Below, in pieces: positions 49,625-62,100 of a stretch of DNA of 63,859 nucleotides. Under the pieces are notes generated by a model. The model did not search any database, was not told the DNA's origin, and saw only the letters and a program-made list of their open reading frames with translations. The translations under genes were made by a program, and so were the position numbers. The DNA comes from Vitrella brassicaformis CCMP3155 (taxonomy: Eukaryota > Protista > Chromerida), in contig CDMY01000260.1 of NCBI GenBank assembly GCA_001179505.1, forward strand, positions 1 through 63,859. The letters run 5' to 3'. Each line of letters opens with the position of its first letter. Position 1 is the first letter of the stretch.

Positions 49625-52498
49625 AGTGAGATGCCCATCCGGGACCTCGACGCGAATGTGCGCAACTGGGCTGTCAAAGCGCGAGTCGCTGACAAGTGAG
49701 GCGAGAAGGGGGAATGGGCGAAGGGGATGGGACGGACGGACGGACGGACGGACGGACGGACGGACGGACGGACGGACGGACGGGCAGACAGACCGACGGA
49801 CAGAGAGACCGGCGTCTTGTTCGTTCGTGTCATGGGTGGGTGCAGGCGCCCTGTGCGGGACTTCAAGAGCGGTGGGGGCAAGTACATGAAGATCACCATC
49901 TGCGACCAATCGGTCGGTCGGGGCCCACACACACACACACACACACACGCACACGTGATGCCATCCATGCCTCCCTCCGTCATGTGACCTGACTTTTGTG
50001 TGCGCACACCTCCTCCACACACAGGGTGAGATTGAGGCGACCTTCTTCAACAACGCGGCGACGACGTTCGACCCCATTGTGCAGGAGAACGGGGTGGGTG
50101 ACCACACCACACACACAGACAGACAGACAGAGGGCGGCAGCCAGGCAGGCCTTTCACCTCCCTCCCTCCCTCCCCTCCTCCGTCTGTGTGTCTGTCTGTG
50201 TGTGGCAGGTGTACAAGTTCTCTCGTGGCCTCGTCAAGCTCGCCAACCCGCAGTTCAACAAAACCACACACCGATACGAAATCACATGTAGCCGAGCCTA
50301 GCACAGCAGAGCAGAGCCACCCGCCGTGTGCTGCGCAAAGCGTGCTTGCACCGATGGATGGATGGATATGTGTGTGTGTGTGTGTGTGAGTGCAGTTGAC
50401 GAGTGGGCGAGCATCGAGCCCGTGGATGACGACCCCCACCTTCCGACGCAGCAGTACGAGTTCAAGCCCATCGACCAGCTCGAGCAGCTCGCAGAAAACG
50501 CCAACATCGACGTCATCGGCGTCATACACTCTTACGACCAAGCTATGCAGATCAAGACGCGATCGGTGAGATTGGGGCGAGGGGAGGGAGGGGGGTGTGC
50601 AAGGGTGTGGTTTGGTGTGGTGTGGTGTGTTATGTGGTGTGGTGTCTGGCAGGACCCTCCCCGCGACGTCAACAAGCGCGACCTGACTGTTGTCGACCAA
50701 AGCGGGGTGGAGGTCAAGGTCACGCTGTGGGCCGAGAATGTGCGGACACACACACAACACACAACACACAACACACGGCGCTCTGATCCATCCATCCATC
50801 CATCTGTTGTGTGCAGGCCACGCAGAACGACAGTGTGTTCGACGGCAACCCGGTCATAGCGCTCAAAGGTCACACACACGCAGCTCACACACACACACAG
50901 ACCTGTCTGTCGGTGGGTCGATCGATCCATCCATCGATCGGTCGGTCAGGTGCCCGCATCAGCCGCTTCAACGACAGCACCTCGCTGTCGGCCAACAAGA
51001 TGGAGATCCACCCGCAGTGCACTGAGGCCAACGCACTCTACCAGTGGTACCATCAATCGGTAAGCACAGCACGCACCCCATCTGACCGTCGAAGCGGCCC
51101 AATACACTCGTGTGTGTGTGTGTGTCTGTGTGTGTCAGGGCGGCGCGGCGCAGCCCATTATTCGGCTCAGTGCGCAGCGCGGGATGGGCGGGGGCTCATG
51201 GCCACTCATAAAGGTCAGCAGCCGGAGAGAGAGAGAGAGAGAGAGAGAGACGGAGAGAGATGCCTGCTACTCACCGGCCATCACCATCACCACCAGCACC
51301 GTGGGTACGTGTGGATGGTGTGTGGTGTGTGTCGGCCAGACGATCGAGGAGCACCGGTTGGCCTGCCAGACCATGGGCATGGGCGAGAATGAGAAGACCG
51401 TCTCGACCATCGCCGCCCACCTCTTCGAAATCGACAAGCGCGAGAGAGGCAACATCTACTACACGTGACTCATTCAAACCACACACTCCTTTCCCCACCC
51501 CCACCGCGACACACACAGATCAATGACTTTAACCAACAGCACCCTCTCTCTCGGCGTGTGTGGTCCTGGTGTCCGTCGTGGACTGACTGGCTGCAGGGCG
51601 GATCCGAAGGACCACTGCAAGGTGGAGCCTGACCCCAGTGGCGGGGGCGGCTTCGTACGCAACAAGGACGGCCAACACATTCCCGAGTGCACCTATAGGT
51701 CGGTCGGTCGGTCGGTCGCTGTGTGTGGATATAGGACTGTGTGACTGACGCGGTTGTGGTGGTGCGTCTGGACGGTGTGTCCCTGTGGTTGGTAGATACA
51801 TCCTCAAGTCTGAGATTCGCGACCACACCGGCAGCCTGGCCGTCTCGGCATTCGACGAAGTCGCAAGAGTGAGTCGAGTCAACCGACCGACTCACACACA
51901 GCACACGACACAAAGGCGGGAGGGAGGGAGGCACCACACACGTGTGTGTGTGTGGTCCTGGTGCTGTGCTGCATATGGTGGTGCTCCGCTGATCAGGTGT
52001 TTATGGGGGGTGTGGAGGCGGCCGACATAGCCGCTCAGCTGGACCAGCTGTCGGAGGAGGACGCCCAGGGCTACATCGCAGCCGTCAAGGAAGAGCACGA
52101 CGACAAGAAGGTATACATGTGATCAATCAGTCGATGCGCGCACACACACACGCAGGCAGACAGACACCTGCCCACACTCTCTCTGCTCTGCCCTGCAGTT
52201 GTATTGGTTCAAGATCCAGTCCAAGCACGAGACCTGGAACGACCAGATGCAGCTCAAACACGTCAGTTACACACACACACACGCATACACACAGACGGCA
52301 GGGGACAGCCATGGCATGCGCCTGTGTGTGCAGGTGGTGTTGCGCGCTGAGGCCATCATGGGCGAGGCGTCGCAGGAGGGCACGGTGGCGGAGGGCAACA
52401 ACCTCCTCAACCTGGTCGAGGAAAACCTCAACGACATGGAAATTCAGAACGCAATCGCATACCAGTACCCGCAGCAGCAGCAGCAGCAGCAGCAGTAG
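49151..52498 (+). CDS. RPA1: Replication protein A large subunit-like (OB folds A, B, C) with RGG N-terminus
   Basis: PIRDLDANVRNWAVKARVADK, GEIEATFFNNAA, VYKFSRGLVKLANPQFN, QYEFKPI, IDVIGVI, KRDLTVVDQSGVEVKVTLW, PVIALKGARIS, YILKSEIRDHTGSLAVSAFDEVA, FKIQSKHETWNDQ. Confidence 0.9.
49729..49782 (+). repeat. (GGAC)n intronic microsatellite, one example of ubiquitous CA/GT/GA/GGAT/GACA repeats
   Basis: Direct reading of the sequence. Confidence 0.95.
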
Positions 52499-53482
52499 GG
52501 GGGCGGAGGGCGAGCGAGGGGGTGGGCCAATGTAACAGCTAGCTCGGTCACTGACAGACATACACACAGACGGACGCCCCTTGTTGGTTCAGTGCTGGCT
52601 CTCTCTCTTCTCACACTCACTCTCTCTGTGTGTGTCTTACCTGTCTGTCCGTCTGTCTGCCTGCACGTGTGTGCGTGTGTGTTTTTTGTATCGTCGCGCG
52701 TGTGATTGAATTGATGGGTACATGTGCTGCGCGGTCCTTTATCGACGGCAGGTGGGTGGGCTGGTCGATCGATGTAGAGGGGCGCCCGGGGGACTGACAA
52801 GGAGGGAGGGAGGCTCTTGTAGTAAGGAGCTGTAGCTTAGCGGCTGGGTGCGCACCACCCTGTGTGTGTGTGGCAAGGTGGGTGAGGGGAGATACTCTGA
52901 CTGACCATGGATACCATGACCCTCTCTCTCCCGTGCTTGAGCCTCTGCTGGTCGGTCGACTGAATGAGATGCCATTCCAGAGTGGCAATGCAGCGTGGCA
53001 GGCACGTCACTTCTTTCAGACAGAGGCATACATACCCACCCCACACGCACAGATCCACTCACTGTCTGTCCGATCATTGACAATCAACTAAGCACACACA
53101 CCACAGCGGAAACCGCGGTCGGCAACTAACGGAGGCATACATAAGCCAAATGCACAGACAGCACACCACAGACAGACAGAGCAGTACACATGCATGCATG
53201 CCGCAGACAGACATTCACACACATTCACATTCACATACGCCGTTAGTTACAGACAGACAGCAGGCAACGGTGGGTGAGTGAGCATATATCCACCACACTC
53301 ACACATAGACACACACACATCCATACAGAGAGAGATGGGTGGGTGTGTGCATGTTTGTGTGTCCTAATTTGTGCTGGCACTCTCTCTCACTCTCTCTCTG
53401 TCTGTCTGTCTCCTTGATTTGGTGGTGGCCGTGGGGACGATGCGCAGCGCACAGGAGCCTGTCTCTCTGACTTGTTTCGGCT

Positions 53483-55642
53483 CTACTCTTCTAGGTGCAG
53501 GGGCTGGAAGCTGCCGTCCCCGTTGACATATCCCAACTCAGGCCACGCGAAATGGCAGTCAGTGTCGCCCTGACACACACACACACACATGCACGATTTT
53601 ATCGATTTCGATCGCTGAGCGACTGACCAGGTGCTGATTGAAGCCCTTCTGGAGGCCCTGCAGGCCACCACGTGCGACCGCCTCGTCCATCCGTGCCTTG
53701 TGCACGACCTCACGTAGCCCCAGCACTCGCCCCTTGACGCCATCCACCACTTGGAAGCACTGCAGCGGCACCCGTACCGTCGCCCCGCCCACGTCGGCCA
53801 TCCCCCCCACCACCTGCCTGTTGCTCTCCGTCTTGAGCGCGGCACTCATAACAAAGTGCTCCACGGCCGAGTGGATGCGTCTGCCGAATGTGGTCTGGTG
53901 GCTGAGGTTGATCGTCCTCTTAATGTCCGTGGCTGCCTTGTGCTGGTCGAAGCAGAGGGCGGCGATGTGCCAGCCCATCAAGGCCCCCTCGCCATCCCCC
54001 AGTGCGAGGCGGGACGGCGCGGGGTCTTCGCCGTCGCTGTGGGGGGCGAGGGGCAGTAGGTGGCTCAGGTGGGCAGCCAGCTCTCTGTGCGGCCTCAAAG
54101 CTCCATTGACGGCAGCCATCACCTCATTGGGTAGCTCATTGAGCACGGCCATGTACTCACGGTCGGCGAGGACGCGGGGGTGTTCCGGAAATCTTCTCTC
54201 GTACAGCAGCCGTGCCCCAGCGCAGCAGCGTTCTGACGGCCTGCCTCCACTCGTTGATGCTCTCCTCGCTCCCCCTACCGGAAGCTGTTGCTGCTGCTGC
54301 TGCTGTTGTGTTGGTGGCGGTGGTGGGTGTTGTGCGTCGAGCGGCGGCGAGGCGGAGGCAGGACGCCCACGCCCAGGACCCTGGCGGCGTGCGCGTGGGC
54401 GTCGGCGATTCGAGGGCGCCGAGCGTCTGCAGGGCCATCTCCAGCGCTGGGCTGCAGGTCCCGTCTTCGTCATTGTCGACATCTGCCGGCCGGACCTTCC
54501 GACAGATGCACTCGATTGCGTGGATGTTGGGGCTGTGTGGGTTTTCGTCCACCATACTGGCGGCTTCCTCCCCCGTCGAGCACACTGCAATTCGAGGATT
54601 GTCGTGCCCCACGGCAGTCGCTAGCAGCAGCGGCTGGAGGCCGTCTTGGTTGGGCTGGGTGAGGATGGACGCGTCAATGGCCGTGAGGATCTCGATGTAC
54701 TCGAACACGGATCTTCGCGAGAATTGGGCGGTTTCGACGAGGTGGTGGACGGCGCTGTTGCCGACCTCTGACGGCCCGCCCTCGTAGAAGCTCAGCGGGT
54801 CGAGCTCGTAGCTGGAGTCCTGCTCCTGAGAGAGTGGACAATGACACACAGCCTCCTGCATGTGCCTCCTTTGCCCTGCCCCTCACTCAACTCACCGAAG
54901 GAGGTCTTGACTCCGGCACCCGCTCGCTGGCCAGCGTCGAGTCGCGCTGCAGCAGGCGCCGATACACCTCGAGCAGGGCCCTCTCATATTGGGGCGTCGG
55001 CGTCGCGCCGTTCCACAATCGGGGCGGGAAGATGATGCACAGGCCGCGCACGCGCACGCCATGCCGCAGCAGCACCTCCAGTGCCGTCAGGTTCGCGTTG
55101 GCCACGGCCTCGCGGATGGGCCTCGTGTTCATGCCCGCCTCGTATGGGAAGCCGCCCTCGCACCGAAACCACGAGCAGTCCAGGTCGGCCCCTCCGGCGA
55201 TGAGGGCCTCGAGGATCTCCCGCTGCCTCTGCCGGCTCTCCCAGGTGGGCAGCGACAGGCGAGACCGCGGCGGCTGGCCGTCAGCAGACATCGATTCGAA
55301 ATCCACCGCCGCACAGCCGGTCTGGTCGTCGATTGCGATCGAGAGCAGGTCGTAGCTCAGCGGTTCATGCTCACGAACGGGTGGCTGAAAGCGAATCTCT
55401 GCGTTGGGGTCGGCTCCCTCGCGGAGAAATGCTGTGACCCAGGAGGGAGTGGCGATGCGGCGTTCAATGGTGTACGAGAGAGTGCGGGTGGCCGAGCTAC
55501 AGTTCGGCGAGTACAGCTGCCTGCGGAGGTTCTGGATGATCTCGTGCTGCCGGTGAGGGGGAGAGGGTGGCGCTTGAGAGGGTGACGATGCATCAGCAGC
55601 CGGACTGCTGGCTAGACTGCTGGCGCTCGACGGAGATGCCAT
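53483..55642 (-). CDS. Ankyrin-repeat-like protein of a lineage-expanded family; apparent frame break near 54200
   Basis: FLREGADPNA, LEALIAGGADL, PIREAVANANLTALEVLLRHG, QDGLQPLLLA, AVRTLLRWG, then EYMAVLNELPNEVMAAVNGAL...DVGGATVRVPLQCF...GLREVVHKAR...KGFNQHL|GDTDCHF. Confidence 0.7.
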
Positions 55643-55987
55643 TCACTCACTCAGTCACTCACTCACGATGGATGGCCTCTCGACGTGCGTACGTGGCCTG
55701 CAGCGTACACACACATGTTGTGTGACCAGATATATGCCGCGTGCACGATGAGAGAGAACCGTGCATGTCAATTTGTGTTGGTCTACCTTACAGAAGAGTG
55801 TGGCAGCTCCGCGTGTAGACAGCTGGGTGGCGGCTTTGGCGGGAGTGGTCGTCCTGGGATAGATACAAAGCGCGCAGGGTTTGTAGGGCTAAGGGTTTCG
55901 AAGACAGAGGGAAGGGCAAGGGCCTGTAAAACGCAGCACTACAGGGTGTTTTCCTTCTGTGTGGTTTTCCCGTCGCCTGTGCTGGTG

Positions 55988-57891
55988 ATGGAGAGAGCTA
56001 CGCGTGTTTGTCGGATGGAGGGGTGCGAGGAGGCCGAATCGGCCCCTCCCCCTCCACCTTCCCCCTCCCGACCCTCCCACCTCTGTTTTGCCCCTCCTCC
56101 CGCCCGCCACAGCAGCCGGAGAGGCCCTCATCTTGCTTTGCTCAATGGAGTGTGCGTGATGGTCGTGTTGACGCTTCTGTTTGCCGGCGGTGGTCTGGCG
56201 CAGCGGTTAGATGGCGTGGTTGACCCTGGAGGTGGCGGCGAGACCGTCTATGTGCGTCAGGAGGACGGTGTGGACGGCCTGTGTGACGTCTACACGTACC
56301 GTGTCAAGGAGATCAGGACGGCTGGGTACAAGAACGACGGCAAGGCCAAGCGGATGCTGCAAGACGCGAGCGATCTGGTGAGCACTGAGCACACACACGA
56401 GCAGAGGGGCGGGGGGAGAGGGCTGGGGACACACACACAAGCTGTGACAGAGAGGGAGAGGAGGGAAACTTTCGGTCGGTTCGTGAGATTATGTGTCTGT
56501 GTGTGTGTGTGTCAGGTTCGTCCCATAATGTGCAAGCGGCGGTGGCAGGTGGAGCTGATGCGAGAGTTCAAACCCGACGTGAAGGAGCTGCTCGGCCTCA
56601 ACATCAACCGCGGACAGGAAGTCAAGGTGCGCCATCCATCGACCTCACACAGACAGACAGACAGACAGTCAGCAGACCTCTCATCACACCACACGTCTGT
56701 CTGTCTGCTCATGTGGTGTGTGTGGCAATCGATCAGATCCGCGTTCGCTACAACAACGATGATTTCGTGCCGTACGAGCAGGTGATCGGCACGGTGCTGC
56801 ACGAGCTGGTGCACAACTCCATCAAGGGCCACAACAGCTCATTCTGGGACCTTTACGAAGAAGTCGAGGCGGTGAGCTGAGCTGAGCTGAGCTGACAGAC
56901 AAGCACCTTGACGGACGGAACCATGAGCATGATGCGAACATGTTTGCTGTGTGTGATGTGGTGTGTCGACTGGTGTGTGTCACAGGAGTGCCGGAAGCTC
57001 CGTGGCGGGAAGCCGTGTGAGAATGAGTGCCTGCTGACCGACGGCGACTCCAACTCCATCGAGGAGATCTGGACACGCATGACCAGATGCCCCGATGGTT
57101 TCTTCACACGTAAGCCCTCCCCTCCTTGTCCCTCCCCCTCCCCCTACCCCACCAACCAAGTGTGTCGCGTGACGTGATATATGTGCGTTTCAGAGCCCGT
57201 TATCATCGGCATTGTCTGTGCGGGCATCTTTGTCCTGCTCACCACCACCTGCTGCTGCTGGGGCGTCAGGCGGCGGCGCATCAAACGGCGCCGGGAGCTG
57301 CAGCGGCTGCAGCAGGCCGCCAACTCGTCTAGTCGCGGCAGCCGGCGGTCCAGCCGGCGGTCGAGCTTGCAGAGCGACACGGAGGGCATATCGCTGCAGC
57401 TGGACGAGAGGGAGCAGATCAGGATCATGGTGGAGAACCAAAGGCGGGAGGAGGAAGAGCTACGGATCGCTCTCGCCGCGTCGCTTTCGGTACGGAGGGA
57501 CACAGAACTGACACACACGACACGGATGGTCACGTGTTTGTGTGTGTGGCTGCATCGATTGCAGGAGGCTGAGCTGCAGGAAGCCGCCCGCAGCAGCAGC
57601 CAGACCCCAGCTGTCGTCACGGGGTATCCCCTGCCGCCCCCCTACGCCCCCCAGACGCACTCACAGACCTCCGTGGCCCCCCCACCGGCGCCAGTGCCCG
57701 CAGTTTGGGAGGACACGCGAGCGACAGAGACAGTGAGGTTGCCGCCCCCCCGGCCGCGTGAGGCCGACCAGGCCTCTGAGGACGATGAGGAGCTGCAGCT
57801 GGCTTTGCGCATCAGCGCCATGGAGCATGAGATGAGGCAACAGCACATGCAGCAACACCAGCAGGGGCGGGGGAATGGCAACAGGATATAA
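55988..57891 (+). CDS. Wss1-like (WLM) zinc metalloprotease domain in a predicted type-I membrane protein with two cytoplasmic UIMs (6 exons)
   Basis: AKRMLQDASDL|VRPIMCKRRWQVELMREFKPDVKELLGLNINRGQEVK|IRVR...FVPYEQVIGTVLHELVHNSIKGHNSSFWDLY is the WLM signature with HExxH...H. Hydrophobic N-segment VCVMVVLTLLFAGGGLA, TM PVIIGIVCAGIFVLLTTTCCCW, UIM-like EEEELRIALAASLS and DDEELQLALRISAME. All introns phase-consistent. Confidence 0.85.
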
Positions 57892-59129
57892 ACCATGACA
57901 GCTGCCGGGGTGCATCTATAGTTAGTTGATTTGATTTGCTTTGTGTCGTGGGTGTGGGTGTGGGTGCGGCGTCGACCGATCGATGCTCTCTCTTGTCGCT
58001 CCCCTTGCTTGTTTTCTTTCTTTACTTTTTGCTCCTTTCCTTTCTCTCTTTGGTTCCTGGGTGTTACCCAAGTGACGTGACGTACGTGACATATGGATGC
58101 ACGCCATGGCGAGCGTGCTGCATGTGTGCGTGGGTGTGTGCGTGGGTGTGTGCGTGGGTGTGGGTGTGGGTGTGGGTGTGGGTGATTGATTGACTGACTG
58201 AGAATGATGCCTTGCCTTGCCTTGACCGAGTCCTTTTTTGAGCTCGCCGGCCCCCCACTCGCGCCAGGCCAATGGAGGCCAGGGGGCTTTTGTATCGTAT
58301 CGATATATTATGTACAGGTAGCCATCCCATCCATGGCTGGCATGGGCCGATCGCGTCAGCGAGCGACTGAGTGCAAGTATCGCTGCTGCTGCTGCTGCTG
58401 TAAACCGACCTTATGTGTTGATACAAACTCTCCAGTGCTGCTGTTACGGTGCACCAGACACACACGCGCCCTGCCCGGTGCACGCGCCATTTTCCTCTCT
58501 CTCTCTACGTCTCTCTGCATGCTACCTGGTGTGGGTGCTGGTGTTATGGATGCTTTTGATGGATGGATGGGTGGAATTCACTGCATGAGCCTCCTCGCCA
58601 TTTCTCCTTTTCCAGTAATAGATGTGTGTTTGGGGGTGTGCGACAGCTGCTGGTGGTGATGGCTTTGCTTTCGTCAAGGGGGAGGGGAGGGGAGGGTGCG
58701 TGCGGCTTGCTATTTATCGGTGTGTCGATGGTGACCGCTGACTGACTGATGGATGTGATGGCTTTTGTGGACAGACACCGGCGTGACTTCCTTCATGTCG
58801 TGTGATGATGTGGTGTTGCATGTTTGGTCAATGACCAACCAATGCGAGAAGAGAATTATTGAAGTGTGTGGGTGCGGATGGATGCAAATGTCCTCAGACA
58901 GGTCCCAACGTCCATGCATCCATCCATCCATCCATATATCCCCCTTGTCTCATTAAGCCCCCGCCCCCTCCTTCCTCTAGTTCCACATCATGTCAGCCAG
59001 CACCTCTCGGCCGACACTGCTCGTCACCCAAGCGGTCCGTCGGCCTCTCGGCCCCACTCTCTCCAACGTACCCTTTTCAGACTCATAAGCAACACACACT
59101 GCTCGCCTCATCCTGGCAATCTGCACAGG

Positions 59130-62100
59130 TCATACAATCTGCTGCGGGATCTGAAAGATTACAGGGATAGAGCCAGGAATTGTAGAGTGCAGTAGCAAGA
59201 AATCCGCTCGCCCCATCGGGTGGTCAGGTAGGTCGAACGGTGAAGGGGTGAGCAGGCTGCAGTAGACAGCTCCTGGTCGCCTGCAAGCGAGTGAACACAA
59301 CTCCTTGCTCAGCCTCATATTGTCTCGTTTTTCGGCGTGCTTACCTGCCGGCAGGCTCTTTGGACATCGCTTGGAACTGATCGTTCAATTCACACGCCTG
59401 GCGTATGGTATGTACGCTGCAGCGGCCTCCGCTCTTGGAAGTGGAATTACACTGCCGATAGGCCTTATACAGCACCTCTGCACCATGTTCAATCCTTTGC
59501 ACGGCCTGAGGGAATGTGTGCTGCATACCCTCCGGCAATGTGTGGCCGATGCTCTTTTGTAGCACGTCTGAAACACACAGACATACGCAGCCAGAGGAAA
59601 GCGTTGCCACATCTTAGGTTGCCAGCCGGTCGGCCATGTGTTTGTGCCATGTATGCATACCGATCTCTTGCATTAGCGAGTCCTTGTACGCCACGTACTT
59701 AGTAAACTTGTCGCTGAGGCGCCGCGCACTATCGTCGAGATCGGTCCCGATTGTTAGCAGCAGCCCCTCAATCACACCTAGCCTCTTCTCCTACTCAGCG
59801 AGACGAATGGTCTTCTGGAAATATGTGGCACAAACAATTCAAAGAGCACGAACGTGTGCGTAACATGAAGCGCTGATATCGTTTATATCTATCACCTCCT
59901 GACGCACTGGAATGAGGCCCTGGGATGTCCATTTAATGTGGTCATCTTCCATGTCTTCCATATCGAAAAGCGGCCGCGCGCGACGTCTGGGGATAGACTG
60001 ATGGCCGCCGCTTATCTGAATGACCTCCACGTCATCGGCCTCAAACTCTTCGCTGCCACCAAAAGAAAAGCCATCCAGGTTGCGTATCCTTCACCCCCTT
60101 GTAGCCAACAGGCGCATCACATCCGTCGACAAAGTGACGGCAGCTGCGCACGTCAGCATCCAAGGCATTGTCGTGTACTCCACAACCGACAAATAGACCA
60201 CCAGCCAAGCCGATCTTCAGTATCAGCGCCGCGTCCCGCCCGGCCAGACGGACGGACTGGCACCCTTCATAAATTGTCGTTGGATTGTCGAAATGGCCGC
60301 TAAGAGAGAAATGCTGTACATAACATCCAAATCGGCTGGATTGCGTGGGGCCGTCTGGCAGCCGGACGCCGTCATTGATGTACGCGCCGAACACAAAGCG
60401 GTCCTTGCGGATAACAATGGCAAGGCCGCTCGCACCGCCCACACAGCGGAGCAAATCTCCAAAACGGCCACCATCACGAGAGGCCCTGGAAAGGAGAACA
60501 GTGGCAATGACGCGATCACCCAAGAGATAGAGAGGTAAGATGGAGTCTACCTGTATAGAAGCTTCCGACTGCCTGATTCCGGCACCCTGAGGCAGCAGGT
60601 GAGTGCCGCAGACTCCAACGCACACAGCTTGCTGCCCTCGATCGTCTGAAGGGAGGGAAGGCACGCACAGCGCACACAACAAGTAACGGTACCACGCGAC
60701 ATTTTATTTTGTCCCTTGTCTGACCTGCGGTGGCGGGAATGAAATGCCATCAACACCAATGATCTCCAACTCGTCAGCCAGAATGCTATCCGAACGGCGC
60801 GCCTGGATAATCTGACGGCAGCTACGGATGCTTGCACAGCGATCGTGCTCACTCCAGCCCAAACAAAGGCCATCTCTCCAGCCGACCATCAGCTTTGCCG
60901 CCCCATCCACTCCCTCCTTCACTGCCCTCTGAGGCTCCCGCCCAGCCGCAAACACAAATTCTCGGCCTTGCTTGATGATTCTGATCCTGCCCAAGTGGTT
61001 GGCGAAAGAAAAGCGCCACACATCGCACGTGTACAGGTTGGCTTGGCTTGGGTCTCGATGCAGCTTGATGCCGTCTTTGATGTAGATGCCAAAGCAATGG
61101 TGACCGTTGCGGATGACGATCACGAGGGGGCTAGCATTGCCGACACAGCGGAGCACGTCGACATAGTCTTCACCATTGGCAGAGGCCCTAATGACAAGAC
61201 CATAAAGCGACAAAAACGTCCAATTCGGTGCCTCTGACTTGGGTCGCTCTGTCTTGTGTACCTGTACAACAGTGTGAAACTGCATTGGTCGAAGATGGAT
61301 GGCACGAATAGAGAGTAGAGGCCCTTGCACTCTGCCGGACTCATGCTGCTGCCAACGATGACCTGCACGCAGACAGACGCGGGTCTTGGAGACTGTTGTG
61401 CATTCTTAATTCTGATGTGGACGCAATCATGCCATGTGCAGACTCTCACTTGAGGGTCGGGCGATCGGTCGTCTCCGCTCGTCGCGCTGTGAGTTGAGAC
61501 GGCCGTGACATGAGTACTTGCATCGTCAGACACACTGAGCATGTCACCACCATCATTCTCCTGATGACACATCATAGAGAATGGGATGCGTCCTAAAGCA
61601 GTCGATAGGCCTCCTTGTATCTGTTTGACCTCTGGGATGTCACTGAGGCGACCGTCAGCAGTCGGTGTGACTGCCGACTTGACCGAATTACCAGACCACA
61701 ACTGCACACACACACTCAGAATGCCTCCCCGTCTGTGTGGGTATTCATTTGATTGCGTTTCACTGACCTCAGATGGCAAGCCCTCTCGGCAGCTGCGTGT
61801 GTCGCTCCTACGAATCTTGTTCGGCGGCCTCTCGTTGGTCAGGCGGCTCTCTGACGGCGCCTTCTGAATGGCAACACAGACAGCTCAAACAAGCCGCTAC
61901 AGGTGAGCCCTCTTGGTTTACTTACGCCCATGGTGTCGTGCTCTGATGGCTGCGACTGTTGGTCGAGTGGCCGATCGCTGGCAGCAGCAGCATCGTCGTC
62001 TGGTGGCCAGATGGTGGTCTGCAGTCAACCGAAGAGCAAGTTCCCTCAGTGGTCATCTCGTCACTTCTGTTGCGTCTGAGTACCTGGCGGCTGAGATCGT

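Noticed and set aside
53638-54787. 328-aa and 191-aa plus-strand ORFs
   Set aside because: Antisense to the ankyrin-family gene; no domain signal.
59791-59793. In-frame TAG suggesting stop read-through or recoding (LAE*EKRLG)
   Set aside because: More simply the AG of a splice acceptor (ctcgctgagtag|GAG AAG), paired with a phase-0 donor at ...VRQE|GTGATA.
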